From contig OZ024742.1 in assembly GCA_964016885.1 (NCBI GenBank), positions 108,500,001 to 108,564,000 of the forward strand: a DNA stretch of 64,000 bases. Reading direction: 5' to 3'. The position numbers and the translations under genes are program-made. This DNA is from Eledone cirrhosa. Taxonomy: Eukaryota. Every line of letters starts with the position of its first letter. Positions within the stretch are counted from its first letter, which is position 1. Positions 1-12,824 of the stretch are shown in pieces. The notes below the pieces were generated by a model. The model ran no database searches. It had not been told where the DNA came from and saw nothing but the letters and a program-made list of their open reading frames with translations.

Positions 1-499
1 TTATAATGCTTTCGTCTGTATGTCTTTGAAAGTGAAAGGATGTTACTTTGTCAGTAGACGTATATCAAGTTCAGTTTATATGGGCATGCGCCAGATGTGT
101 GTATTTGTGTACATGTGCATGTCAGTATGTGTGTATTTTGTGTGTGTATCAGTCGTAGTATATACGTGGGGGGGGGGTCTGTGCGGTTTATGTGTTTGCT
201 ATGTGGTATGTGCGTATATGCCTGCATGCGTGTGATGTGCGGTTTCTACAAGTGATTGGTGGTGTTGCTCAGTGAGTGGGTATGTGTGTGTATGTGCGTA
301 TGTGCATGTGCGCGACCTTGCGTGAGTGTGTCTACGCAGTTGAGATATGTTGGAGTTGATTGAGAGCGTATGCTAGAAGACCGGGTAACTATTGAAAAAT
401 GGTACAACGAGAGATAACATTTCTATAGTCGTGTTGATTTCAGAAATAGTAGAGAGAGAAAAAGTATGTTGGTTGAATGAAAATCTGTAGTGTTTTGAC

Positions 500-777
500 C
501 AGTCATGGGCAACCTGCGGCCCGCGAAGCTTTTTGAATGGCTCGCCTAAGTCACCTAAGTAAAATCCTTCTGAATTTTTTACCCTAACTTTTCGGTCATA
601 ATTTATCTTTCTATCATTTTTACGACCGAGGAAAGTAACGTGTACGAATTCTGAAGAAACAAATTAAAACAACCTGAGAACCGCTCTTTTTTTAATGTGG
701 GCACGAATGTAAATTAGCGCCTGATGCTGAACCATATCTCATGAGGCCCGCTTTTCGAAAAAGGTTGCCCATGCCTT
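500..777. mobile_element. hAT (Charlie-like) MITE
   Basis: Imperfect TIRs cagtcatgggcaacct (500-515) and aggttgcccatgcct (762-776); flanking 8-mers gttttgac / gtctagac resemble the NTCTAGAN target duplication of Charlie-type hATs. Confidence 0.65.
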
Positions 778-785
778 GTCTAGAC

Positions 786-1049
786 CATGGCCGGATTTAA
801 TGGTGGGCAAAGGGAGCGATTGCCCTGGACCCCTGCAGTGGGGGCATCAGCGACGGCCGTAGCAATTTATTTGTGCCCTCAGTTGGGCATTTTAGTTTTA
901 GGGTGATTAGAATTTTTGAATTTAATACCTGTATTTATAACTTTTCAATTCCTATTACTTGCTCCAAGCTATATTTGTTAATTAAAATTGGGGTATTTAC
1001 TTCTAAAGCTGAAGTGCCCTGGGCGCCCCAAGGTCAAAATCCAACCCTA
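786..1049. mobile_element. second hAT-type MITE
   Basis: Ends catggccggattt ... aaatccaacccta; 8-bp TSD gtctagac (778-785) / gtctaggc (1050-1057). Confidence 0.65.
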
Positions 1050-1412
1050 GTCTAGGCTCTAGTTGAAGGAAGATAAAACGAACGGGTGGGTGGTGGATGG
1101 GTGTTCGTCTGTCACTATAGTGTGCTATATATAATTTATCGTTACACTAGGATTAGGTGTGCATGTGTTAGTGGTGGTGGTGGAAGAAGTGGTGAAGGTG
1201 GTTAGCGGAAATCGATAAACTAGACTTTGGAGAGTTCAGACTGAGGTGAGGTGTGTGTGTGTGAGGGATGTCTCCTCCTTCATGTGTGTGTGTGTTAGTT
1301 TTATCTTAAAAGGGTTGTGCGTGTGCTTTTGCTCTTTTGGGGTGTGTGTGGATGCGTGCGTATGTGTTGGAGTGGTGTATACTTTATCCGTGAGGGTTTG
1401 AGTGCTTGAGAG

Positions 1413-1457
<45 letters not shown>

Positions 1458-1477
1458 TCATATATATATATATATAC

Positions 1478-1583
<106 letters not shown>

Positions 1584-2488
1584 ATATATATATATATACG
1601 CGATAACAGATTATTGTTATAGGTAGTCCACTTAGGTGTAGTCCAGTTAGGGATGTAATCCAGCAAAGTGATTAAAAACCTTTTTTTGTATAGCAAACTG
1701 TGTCACTCTTCTTTCTTGATATATATATATATATAGGATAGGATAAGGATATATATATATATAATTGTACAAAATAATAGTATAGAATGAAATATAGTGA
1801 TACATGTAAACATGTTTATCTTCAATGCCTACATCATTATTACTCTGAAATTATTTTCGTTTCAGCATTCAAATTCTGATCATATATTTTACCGAGAACA
1901 TACAACGAGTAAGTGTTGTTGATGGTCTATTTTCTGCTGTTTTTGTTGATGCTATTTCTCTTTATTGGTAATCTTCAAGGTAATTAGGGTAAGGGCTGCA
2001 AATGTCTTCGGTGTAAATAACGATTTAACAAGGATGCAATTTCACGCTGATGGTAAAATCTCGAATGCAATTTCGCAATAAATCTTGCACTGCAAGGCAT
2101 ACTCTGGGTTAATTAAAAACGTAGTTTGCTCTATACAAACCAATCAGAACGGCATAATATTTATTTTTTATTTAGATTTCATGTGTTATACAAAATGATG
2201 GAACAAATGAATATGTCTATTTTGGGGAAACTAATAATGAAATAAACAAATAAACAACACTACTGAAACGTGAGTGTTACTACGATTAATTTCCAAGTTT
2301 TGAAATGATATTTTATGAACGCAATGCTTAATTTCTACTATATTAAGGATATGATAGTTTGTATATATCAGTGTGCAACTCTGTTCAAAAGACGTTAAAA
2401 GTGATTATAAACGGAGAGCCCTCATTGAGAAATTAACTGAATTATAATACACACGCGCGCACACACACGGACCCACACTCAAACATCA

Positions 2489-2535
<47 letters not shown>

Positions 2536-2572
2536 GTGTGTGTGAGTGTGTGTGTAGGCAGGTAAGCAGTAT

Positions 2573-2752
2573 ACTGTACTTATGAAGGGTAATCACCCAG
2601 AAACGTTAGTGTCTGCAGTTCTGTTTACATGCCAACACAAGAGCAAGAATGGTGGAATCATTCTACAGACATGGCTTAAAGAGGCTGTTTGCATAATTGC
2701 AATCGAATATTATTATCAATATTCGAAATTCGAAAAACTCAGATTACATTTT
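2573..2752 (+). repeat. Penelope-like terminal repeat family H1, partial copy with mutated hammerhead core
   Basis: Similar to 5324-5495, 5530-5917 and 10296-10507; actgta-CTTATGA-agggtaatcaccca-GAAAC-gttagt-GTC-tgcagt. Confidence 0.7.
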
Positions 2753-2802
2753 TATATATTCCATATACTGTACCGATTGTGTTGTTATTTCTGTTGACCT
2801 TT

Positions 2803-2887
<85 letters not shown>

Positions 2888-2899
2888 GTGTGTGTGTGT

Positions 2900-2939
<40 letters not shown>

Positions 2940-2990
2940 GTGTGTGTATATACATACATTCAAATATACATACACACACACTCATACATA

Positions 2991-4231
2991 TGAAGGACGA
3001 CTGAAAAATTTTGAACCACACACAGAAAACAAATATGGAAATGAAATTTTGTTTGTGAAATCTGCGACATGTTGGTAGAGTTCTAGCCAGGTTTCGTTGT
3101 CTAAACATTTTTTCATTTCTTTTCATGGATTTTTAAATTTGATCTACTCAGGCGTGTAATGAAAAATGGAGAAACTCGAGTATCGAACAGTGATCAAGTA
3201 TCTGCAGTTCAAACTATGAACCCAGAAATAAGGTCATACAAGACACAGGGAAATATGCCCCGTCATATGCTACGGTCAAACGCTGGGTCAATGAATTCAA
3301 GTGGGGCAAGGAAGGTGTGGGAGATGACCGATGTCTAGGAGTCCATCAACAGTGACCACACCAGAGAACATTGACCTTGTCCTTGAGATTGTAATGGAAG
3401 ATCGATTACTGGCATCTCGTCAGACAGCAAACAGGTTGGACATCTCCCAGGAGCGAACCAATAATATTGTGACGAACAAGAAAGGTGTCTGCATGCTGGG
3501 TTCTACGTCCTTTGAGTGAGGAATAGGAGCATACTCGTCGCACCTTATCCTCAAAATATTTGGAGCTTTTTGAAGTTGATCTGGAATATTTCCTAGCACA
3601 ATTTGTAACCATGGTCGAGACCGGGGCCCTCCACTACTAACCTGTAATAAAAGATAGTCTAAACAGTAGAAGCGTCCATGCTCACTCACCCCGAAGAAGG
3701 CCAAGGTCACACCATCAGCAGGAAAGGTCATGTCTATCATTTTCTGGGATGCACCAGGAGTGTTGTTGGTGGATTAACTCCACAAGGGCCACATCATCAC
3801 CGGACAATACTAAGCTGTCCAGCTTAAATTTCTGCGCGAAGAAATCAAGAAGAGGCCAGGATTGCTGACAAAAGGTGTCCTGTCCACACTTCGGTGGTAG
3901 CAATGACAACTATCTGTGATTGTGGGTTCCAACACGTCCATCATCCACCATACTCGCCAGACCTCACACCCCCTGACTTCCTCCTGTTCCCAAACATTAA
4001 AAAGGATATAGCCGGACTATAGCACTACGCCACAGATGATGACGTCAGAGATGCTGTGGATACCTACCCGGAGGACCAAACTAAGGAGTTCTACTTCAGT
4101 GGAATCCAGTCACTTCAGCACCGGTGGGAGAAGTGTGTGGACTCAAAGGGAGACTATGTTGAAATATAAACAAGAAAATATTTGTATATGCTACCGTTTC
4201 GTGGAAGCACACATCTTTTAGTCGCCCCTCG
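2991..4231 (+). mobile_element. decayed mariner (Tc1/mariner) DNA transposon
   Basis: TA at 2989-2990 and 4232-4233; imperfect TIRs tgaaggacgactgaaaa ... ttttagtcgcccctcg; about 1.24 kb. Confidence 0.9.
3166..4169 (+). pseudogene. mariner transposase pseudogene
   Basis: Starts MEKLEYRTVIKYL; WVLRPL (WVPHEL-like) near 3497; HPPYSPDLTPPDFLLFP (YSPDL motif) near 3941-3990; ends GDYVEI*; multiple stops and frameshifts. Confidence 0.9.
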
Positions 4232-4820
4232 TACGTATGAATGTATATGTATTCATATATATATCTATGCATATATGCGTGTGTTTTTACGTTTACATTA
4301 TGTTCCCTATTCTAGCAGCTCGACAAAAAGAGATCGATAAATTATGAATCAGTGCTGATAGAAAATACGTACAGAGCTCCATATGGTCGCCTAAATTAAG
4401 GCAGTGCCTCAACATGGCCGGTATCTAATGAATGAACCCAGAAAAACAAAGACGAAGAAAGAAACGGTTTGATATTTTTTGAAGCTCTATAGTTTTTCCA
4501 TTGACGTATCGAGCAATTTCTTTAGCCACTGGTAACATTTTACTTATTAACGAAGTTTCATTTGCTGAAGTGAACCATGCTGGGATTCATTGATATTTAG
4601 AAAATGAACAACTGATGTAAATATAATATATTCAAAACCTATTCATGTACTAAAAACGAAATTAACGCTATTTTCAAGATGGATTTGACCTACGTAAAAT
4701 ATGTCTTAGTGGTTTCGAGTTAAATAATATATGGGTTGTAATTATGTTTAGCGGTGCTTATGTTTGTATTTGCTTCAACGACATTTGGCTGTTATATATC
4801 TATATCTATCTATATATATA

Positions 4821-4966
<146 letters not shown>

Positions 4967-5016
4967 TATATATGTATATATACACATATATATATGTATA
5001 TATACACATATATATT

Positions 5017-5079
<63 letters not shown>

Positions 5080-5088
5080 GTATATGTG

Positions 5089-5310
5089 AAGGCGCATGGG
5101 TTAGTTGTTAGAGCATTGGGCTTGCAATCGAAAGGTACTGAGTTCAATTCTCGGACCGGGTGATGTGTTGTTTCCTTAAGCAAGACACTTTATTTCACGT
5201 TGCTCCAGTTTACTCAGCTGTAGAAATGAGATGAAGAGGTACCGGCCTGCCCACCCAGCCAGTGGCATGGCATTATCTTATGGCTAAAACAGCACGACGT
5301 GCTGTGACCA
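5089..5310 (+). mobile_element. tRNA-derived SINE, family B
   Basis: ggcgcatgggttagttgttag (A-box-like), gagttcaattc (B-box-like), core gcaagacactttatttcacgttgctccagt shared with other copies in the window. Confidence 0.7.
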
Positions 5311-5323
5311 GCGGCGCCGAATT

Positions 5324-5373
5324 GAACTGCACTGATGAAGGGTAATACTGAGAAACATTAGTGTCTGCAGTTC
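5324..5373 (+). ncRNA. type I hammerhead ribozyme motif (family H1)
   Basis: Stem I gaactgca (5324-5331) / tgcagttc (5366-5373), perfect 8 bp; CTGATGA 5332-5338; GAAA; stem III ACA-ttag-TGT; cleavage triplet GTC 5363-5365; stem II degraded in this copy. Confidence 0.7.
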
Positions 5374-5917
5374 TGTTTACATGCCCACACAAGAGCGAGA
5401 ATAAGGGGCTCATTCTACTGACATGGCTTTAAAAATGCATAATTGCAAACGAATCGAATATTATTATTAATATTCGAAAAACTCAGATTACATTTATTGT
5501 TTTCAGCCATGTAGAGCTAATTCTATTTGAATGTGGCAAAGCCTGCCATTGATCGCTGGTATACAGGAAACTGACTGGCCAGTCTGCTGATATGCAAATC
5601 TGGCTGATCAGTGGATCTGCTAATATGCAGATCTGACTGATCAGCCAGTCTGTTAATATGTAAATCAGGCCGATCAGTCACTGTATATTTTAGAAAATAG
5701 CATATTTTTTCACTAGCTCTGACAGTTGGTAGGTGAACAGTCAGCTGTACCGATGAGGGGTGATACCCAGAAACATTAGTGTCTGCAGTTCTGTGTACAT
5801 GCCAACACAAGAGCAAGAATGAGGGGCTCATTCAATTGTCATGGCTTTAAAAATGCTTGTTTGCGTAATTGAAAACGAATCGAATATTATTATTAATATT
5901 CGAAAAAGTCAGATTAT
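5324..5917 (+). repeat. tandem partial + full copy of H1 Penelope-like terminal repeat
   Basis: 5332-5495 is repeated at 5750-5917; 5530-5750 matches the reverse complement of 10107-10296; ends in a TA tract. Confidence 0.75.
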
Positions 5918-5927
5918 ATATATATAC

Positions 5928-6552
5928 ATTCCAGGGCATACGGAGTGCCTTGGTCTTTCAGGTCCCACACTAGGTCCACTAACCTAATGGAGTGCCTTTT
6001 GCTACGGTCCGTGAAGGAATTTGTGTGATTATAGATCTGCGATTTAAAGGTCGTGGATGTTGCGCCGATGTAGGTGTGATGCGCATTTTGGGTTGTAACT
6101 ACACACTTGTATATCAGGTCCTTCGTCAGGCATTTTCCCTGCAGGGGGCACTGGGTGCCCGCTCTGCAGTTACAAGTTCTGTTGTCAGTTCTTTCGCATC
6201 TAATGTCTGGGCCTCAATCTGTTATGGCCCTCTCAGGATTCACAGGGTGTTGTTCCGCCGACACGGTGGTCTCCCCTATGCCACTCGTTCCCTCCCGGCG
6301 TTGGATCATATCACCTTGCGCGGGCGTTCCGGCCGCCTCGAGGGCCGGTCTCCAGGTGGTCCCCCGCGCTCCGATAGACGGTCATTCTGTCGCCACGGTT
6401 GACGGCCAATGCTCGCCATCTTCACCGCGTTAGTTTTAGCCATGTAGTCGGCCACGTTAGGTGCTGTGGAGAAGGAAAACTTCACCGTGTGGCGGTTGAA
6501 GATTTTGTGGTACTTGTTCATCGGCGGAAAGCACTCATCAAACGCTCGTCCC
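5928..6552 (-). pseudogene. Penelope-like element fragment (RT thumb to GIY-YIG endonuclease, Naiad-like)
   Basis: Minus strand reads FDECFPPMNKYHKIFNRHTVKFSFSTAPN, then in another frame RTCNCRAGTQCPLQGKCLTKDLIYKCVVTTQNAHHTYIGATSTTFKSQIYNHTNSF...VWDLKD (LIY...YIG with CNC..CPL.G.C linker). Confidence 0.85.
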
Positions 6553-7156
6553 TGCGCGTGTGTGTGTATATATGTGTGTGTGTATATATGGGTACATACT
6601 CTGGAGTGTGAACAGACGTGTGAGATACCAAACCCAGCATGGCTCCATTGAAGTGTGTCGGACGGAAAATGGCTGATGACCCGTGTAGCAGTAAATAGTG
6701 AGCAGAAATTATGATGACGTAGAATAAAAACAGCCAATCGCATGACAAGAGTGGAAGATGTTTTTTGAAGGTGTTTTTTGACGATAACACCACAGTGAGA
6801 AAATGTTCTCCGAACGAATTGCCTGTGTCCGAAGGAACCTGCAGCCGTAGAATCAGCCAGATCCATACAGTGATCATGTCTCGAGCTACCGGCCGGCGAA
6901 ACAATTGTAACACGCAATAAACTGAGTTCAGATGCATCACTGATTTTTCGTTTTTTTATATATATATATATATATATTGACTACAATAATTTTTGCAACA
7001 CGAATTGGCGCGAAATTTATAGTGCTTATTCACGTGACATTCAACAACCAACCAAATCTTAATACTTCCCAAGCCACTTTTTTCACATAAAACAGGAAGA
7101 ATTTCCAAAACTGATCAGATTAGAGCAAAAATCACGAGCACTCTATCTCAAAATTA

Positions 7157-7192
7157 TTTTTGAAAAGCATAAGAAATGCGCAACCGGTAAAA
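7157..7192 (+). ncRNA. degenerate minimal hammerhead motif (family H2, U3-A8 core)
   Basis: ttt-TTGAAAA-gcat-aagaa-atgc-GCAA-ccggta-aaa; homologous to 14106-14143 with a compensatory stem II change; GAAA mutated to GCAA. Confidence 0.45.
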
Positions 7193-7324
7193 ACTTAAAA
7201 CTAAAACTGAATACTAACTAATACTTATTACTAATTTATACTTATTCCTAATTAAACTATTTTTCACTAGGAACAATTTGTCAGCATTTTCTTTTCCTTT
7301 TTACTAATATATATATATATCATA

Positions 7325-7440
7325 TAATTGTTTCTACTTTAGGCACAAGGCCAGCAATTATCCAGTACATTACTGGTACTTTATTTTATCGACCCCGTAA
7401 GGATGAAAGGCAAAGTTAACCTTGGCGGGATTTGAACTCA
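7325..7440 (-). mobile_element. tRNA-derived SINE, family A (5'-truncated)
   Basis: ggcacaaggccagcaatta...gaccccgtaaggatgaaaggcaaagttaacc...gggatttgaactc (B-box gttcaaatccc on minus strand). Confidence 0.8.
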
Positions 7441-7997
7441 AAAATACTTTGTAGTGCCTGGGCAAGATTGAACTCGAGACCAAGATCTTCGTCATCTCTA
7501 ACACCTACCAATAGGTCACCGAGACGTATCATATAATACCGCATAAAAAGCCACATGGTGCAGCATCATGACGCAACTCCAATACTCTATGAAAACTTTC
7601 TACTCGGTATATAAGGACAATATGACGGGTATGTATTGACGCTAGAAATAGCAGCGGTATGATTATATGATATATATTCAAATAGTCCCGGAATAACTGG
7701 TTTAAGGCATTTAGGCTTCTCCCATAAGTATAACTGCCGCAATATTTGGCGGTAATTCTGAGTGTCTGTCCATTAACATGCTTATACCATCGACGAATAC
7801 TGTATTGAATATTATCAAGCAGTATATCCATGTTATCACATGAAACTAAATTAGGCTGTGTCAAATTTCGTTCATGTTCATTTCGTAAGGAGTCAATGAT
7901 GAGTCGTCAGTCTGATGTGATATGAGACTTAAACAAGTTTGTAATGAGTTCCTTGATTTCATCGTAATGGAGTAGTCCAAACATGAAGTAAAAAAAA

Positions 7998-8188
7998 AAT
8001 TGTTTCTACATTTGGCACAAGGCCAGCAAATAACCAGTGCATTACTGGTACTTTATTTTATTGACCCCGTAAGGATGAAAGGTAAACTTAACCTCGACGG
8101 GATTTGAACCCAGACCGTAAAGGGACATAACTATGCTGAAAAGCATGGCGTCCGACCCTCTACCGATACTGCCAATCCAACGCCCTTA
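7998..8188 (-). mobile_element. SINE family A, full length
   Basis: A-box tggcagtatcgg and B-box on minus strand; flanking direct repeat atgaagtaaaaaaaa (7983 and 8189). Confidence 0.85.
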
Positions 8189-8203
8189 ATGAAGTAAAAA
8201 AAA

Positions 8204-8321
8204 TTATTATTTCTACATTTGGCACAAGGCCAGCAATTACTCAGTGCATTACTGGTACTTTATTTTATCGACCCCGTAAGGATGAAAGGCAAAGTTAACC
8301 TTGGCGGGATTTGAACTCAGA
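8204..8321 (-). mobile_element. SINE family A (truncated)
   Basis: Same body sequence as 7325-7440. Confidence 0.8.
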
Positions 8322-8505
8322 ATGGCAACGAAAATAATGGCGATAGTTAAGATCCGTTAATTTCTGATGAGGTCATAGGGGGAACCGATTTAACATATAG
8401 TACGTCCTAGGCATATCAAATCTGGTACAGCCTAACACTCTCCAGGTCTGTACACAGCCGATTTCTTCCAGAAAAAGAATGATATATTATATATAAGTGA
8501 TGTAT

Positions 8506-8568
<63 letters not shown>

Positions 8569-8628
8569 ATATATATTATATATATATATATATATATATT
8601 ATATATGTATATATATATATATTATATA

Positions 8629-8671
<43 letters not shown>

Positions 8672-8675
8672 ATAT

Positions 8676-8709
<34 letters not shown>

Positions 8710-9132
8710 ATAAGAGTGAAAGTGAATAAAATCGAATTTGCAGCGATCAGCCACCATCCTCGTAAAAACCATATTCGGAAGTAGCTTTGCACGAAGCACT
8801 CAATAAGAACATATCGATAAATCAATAAGTTACATCTCAGAGTAATAAACACCTTAAAGGCGTGACAAATTGAAGACTGTGGTTAAGGGGACAATGTCAC
8901 GGAAGCCACCACAACACGAAAATACACTGTAGTAAACGTTTGGTATAAATATCCATCTATCTTTATATAACAGGCTGAATGGAGATTATTCTACTTAAGT
9001 TTTTAACCACTTCTCATGGTGCACTGTACTTGTGTTCACAATCACACAAACATCTATAGAGAAGGAAAGAGAACTATCAATATAAGGGTAATTCAATCAA
9101 TAAATAATTCCTGGAATATTTATTCAAATAAT

Positions 9133-9317
9133 TGTTTCTACTTTAGGCACAAGGCCAGCAATTACCTAGTGCATTACTGGTACTTTATTTTATCGACCCC
9201 GTAAGGATGAAAGGCAAAATGAACCTCGGCGGGATTTGAACTCAGATCGTAAAGGGACGTAACTATGCTGAAAAGCATGGCGTCCGACCCTCTACCGATA
9301 CTGCCAATCCACCGCCT
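9133..9317 (-). mobile_element. SINE family A, full length with TSD
   Basis: TSD tatttattcaaataat at 9117-9132 and 9318-9333. Confidence 0.9.
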
Positions 9318-9634
9318 TATTTATTCAAATAATGATTTCTAATAAATACTTGACCGTAAATTGTGGTTCTCTCAGTTTTAAATGAGAACAGTAATAATTA
9401 TACATGGTTTGGGATTCAGTCCAACTATGCGGTACAAGTAAGTGTCTTTTTATAGTGTGTGTATGTGTGTCCATCTATTTTTCGTTAACGTAGATAAGTA
9501 GTGTTTTAATTGAGCAGTATCTAATAAAAACACATCATAATAATAAAGGGAACAGAAAAGGAAGAAAAAAAAGATGAAAAGGTGAAAAGAAAAAAGTATC
9601 AAACGACGAGGGAGAAGGAGAGGACAGAGATAAT

Positions 9635-10105
9635 CATTACCCCAACTCCTACACAACATATGTACAATTGGCGCTCTGTGAAGATAAGCTATTTCTGTTG
9701 CCCCCTCCATGGAATCGAACACAATGAAGATTCGGGATTCTCTTGAAGTATAAAGAAAGTCTACCCTGGAGTTAAACCTATCAACATCAACCATCCAGAG
9801 AGCAGCGAAAGATGTGTGAGTATGGTACAAGATCGATTTAAACAACGATTCTATTAACGTCTCTAACTTTATGCACCCTAAAATAATAAACACCTCGACC
9901 CCAGCAACACATATCTGGCACATATCTAAAAGATAAATGAGTCCCCATAAAATAAAATGGAGAATCATGCAGAAGTCCACACATCAACGGAACAAAAAGA
10001 TTTTACCTCAGCCACATGGAAAATTAAGAATTCTTGATTGTTTGAACTCATCGAAAAAATATCTGATCACAAAGAACGAGATCTTTAAGCGTCGTTTACA
10101 CCTCA
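9635..10105 (+). pseudogene. decayed Penelope-like GIY-YIG C-terminal region
   Basis: Frame pieces MYNWRSVKISYFCCP, QDRFKQRFY, SNFMHPKIINTSTPATHIWH, HKIKWRIMQKS...KYLITKNEIFKR parallel the PLE fragment at 5928-6552. Confidence 0.65.
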
Positions 10106-10106
10106 A

Positions 10107-10506
10107 GTACAGCTCACTGTTCACCTGCCAAACTGTCAGAGCTAGTAAAAATATATGCTATTTTCAAAAATACACAGTGACTGATCCGCCTGATTTGCAT
10201 ATTAGCAGACTGGCTGATCAGTCAGATCTGCATATTAGCAGATCCACTGATAAGCCAGATTCCTGTATACGAGCGATAAATGGCCGGCTTTGCCACTAGC
10301 TCTGACAGTTTGGCAGGTGAACAGTGAGCTGTACTGATGAAGGGTGATACCCAGAAACCTTAGTGTCTGCGGTGCAATCACATGCCAACACAAGAGCAAG
10401 AATGAAGGGTTCATTCTACTGACATGGCTATAAAATTGAAGCTTGGTTGCATAATTGCAAACGAATCGAATGTTATTATTAATATTCGAAAAACTCAGAT
10501 TACATT

Positions 10507-10507
<1 letters not shown>
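10107..10507 (+). repeat. H1 terminal repeat with inverted 5' segment and hammerhead motif
   Basis: About 40-bp perfect inverted repeat (10107-10147 vs 10296-10334); gctgta-CTGATGA(10334-10340)-a-gggt-gat-accc-a-GAAAC-cttagt-GTC-tgcggt; ends in TA tract. Confidence 0.8.
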
Positions 10508-10557
<50 letters not shown>

Positions 10558-11078
10558 TAAGTTATGTAATAAACAACATAAGATAATTATTTCATTTACC
10601 AGTGGTTTCCTGAAAGCAGATGCTAGATCTGTTTTCAGTCGTCAGAATGAATAAAAAACATGGTGTTTTTATTAAATATGGATTTGAAAACAAAATTTAA
10701 GAAATATGAAAGTGAGGCTGAGAAAAAAACGGGCGAAGAAGAAGAGGGGAAAAGAGGGGAAAAAGAATATAAAAAAAATATATATAAATAAACAATAAAT
10801 ATCCAGAACATAAACATACACACACTCAACCACGCGCATATACTAAAAAAGTACGTAGACGTATACTTTATAACATAAGCATATATGTGTCTACAGACAG
10901 GGACATAGATACATACACATACATATACATGAAGTAATAAGAAAAAATAAATAAATGAATAAGAACAAAAGATATAAAATCAAAAACTAATAAATCATAA
11001 CTAATAAGCTCTGTAGCCTACATAGAGCACCCTTTTTTCCTGTACCTTTCCGACGGACTTCATTCATATATATATATA

Positions 11079-12501
11079 TATGAAAAAGTTTGTCCTCATC
11101 AGTGGCCTTCCAACCGTCGTAGGCATTTCGTCGCATTAAAGGCCATATACCTCAGGTTGGTGCGAGCAACGGCTAAAAAAAGTCGTTGGGACACGTAAAT
11201 AAAGGGGACGCTAGGGTAAACAGACGAAATGGTTTAAGTAGCAGAAAGTGATGAAGAAGAAACAAGTCCCAGATTTCTATGAATATAAATTCGGTGGAAT
11301 CGTGAACGAGAGAATAAAGACCATCAAACCTGGTTGAAATGTGAGCAAGGAAGGAATTTTCACTCACTCACTCTCTGTCACTACCTCTCCTCCTCCCCTT
11401 TCTTCCCGTTTGACCTGTCCGTAATCCTTTTCTCGCGGGCACTTGGCCGAGCCGGTAAGAATTTTTTTTTTCTCTCTCTCTCGTCTGCGACTTCACAGAA
11501 CTTATGTTTACCGAATTCGCAGACCAGACCCCTTCTTCCTCCCGTTAGACCTGTGCGAAATTCCTTCCTTGCTCACATTTAAACCAGGTTTGATGGTCTT
11601 TATTCTCTCGTTCACGATTCCACCGAATTTATATTCATAGAAATCTGGGACTTGTTTCTTTCTTCTTCATCACTTTCTGTTGCTTAAACCATTTTGTTTG
11701 TTTACCCTAGCGTCCCCTCTATTTACGTGTCCCAACGACTTTTTTTAGCCGTTGCTCGCACCAACCTGAGGTATATGGCCTTTAATGCGACGAAATGCCT
11801 ACGACGGTTGGAAGGCCACTGATGAGGACAAACTTTTTCATATGTAACCCATTTGCAGCTCCGCAGCTCCATTATTATCATATTTACGCATATATTTTTT
11901 CCCCCGCTGCCACCAGTCTGTTTCGTTCTTTGTGTCTTTACCCTTTCTAGCAGTCTCTCTCTCTCTGTTAGCCTCTTCCTCACCTTTCACTCACTCACTC
12001 TCTGTCACTACCTCTCCTCCTCCCCTTTCTTCCCGTTTGACCTGTCCGTAATCCTTTTCTCGCGGACACTTGGCCAAGCCGGTATGAATTTTGTTTTTTT
12101 CTCTCTCTCTCGTCTGCGACTTTACAGAACTTATGTTTACCGAATTCGCAGACCAGACCCCTTCTTCCTCCCGTTAGACCTGTGCGAAATTCCTTCCTTG
12201 CTCACATTTCAACCAGGTTTGATGGTCTTTATTCTCTCGTTCACGATTCCACCGAATTTATATTCATAGAAATCTGGGACTTGTTTCTTCTTCATCACTT
12301 TCTGCTGCTTAAACCATTTTGTCTGTTTACCCTAACGTCCCCTCTATTTACGTGTCCCAACGACTTTTTTTAGCCGTTGCTCGCACCAACCTGAGGTATA
12401 TGGCCTTTAATGAGACGAAATGCCTACGACGGTTGGAAGGCCACTGATGAGGACAAACTTTTTCATATGTAACCCATTTGCAGCGCCGCAGCTCCCTTAT
12501 T

Positions 12502-12507
<6 letters not shown>
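11079..12507. repeat. TA-flanked composite repeat: inverted copy plus two direct copies (period about 627 bp), Penelope pseudo-LTR-like
   Basis: 11079-11359 is the reverse complement of about 11557-11843; 11361-11883 is repeated nearly identically at 11988-12507. Confidence 0.85.
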
Positions 12508-12587
<80 letters not shown>

Positions 12588-12614
12588 ATAATATAGAAAT
12601 CACTTCTACAGGAC

Positions 12615-12700
12615 TAGAACTGTTTCATTCGGAAGAAATCATCAGCAAGACCTGATGATTCCGGGTTACCTGATGATTTCTCCCGAATGAAACATTTCTA
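12615..12700. repeat. 31-bp inverted repeat carrying CTGATGA...GAAAC in both orientations
   Basis: 12615-12645 vs 12670-12700, 2 mismatches; module lies between TA tracts. Confidence 0.7.
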
Positions 12701-12775
12701 TATTAAATATTTATACTCTGCTATGTATTGAGTACCTTACTTACTGTGGTTACTCCAGATTGACCCCGGGATAAA

Positions 12776-12824
<49 letters not shown>

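Noticed and set aside
5575-5680. Short repeated units ctgctgatatgcaaatctggctgatcag, CRISPR-like spacing
   Set aside because: Degenerate internal tandem repeat (about 30 bp) of the H1 element, with no unique spacers, no cas genes and a eukaryotic context
8364-8480. Isolated CTGATGA motifs (also near 42783)
   Set aside because: No correctly placed GAAA or stems
7998-9317. tRNA-like A/B boxes
   Set aside because: They belong to multi-copy SINE heads with TSDs; no cloverleaf or anticodon supportable
11785-11835. Circularly permuted (type II) hammerhead in the 627-bp repeat
   Set aside because: Stems II and III cannot be paired convincingly by eye; kept only as a note in the module finding
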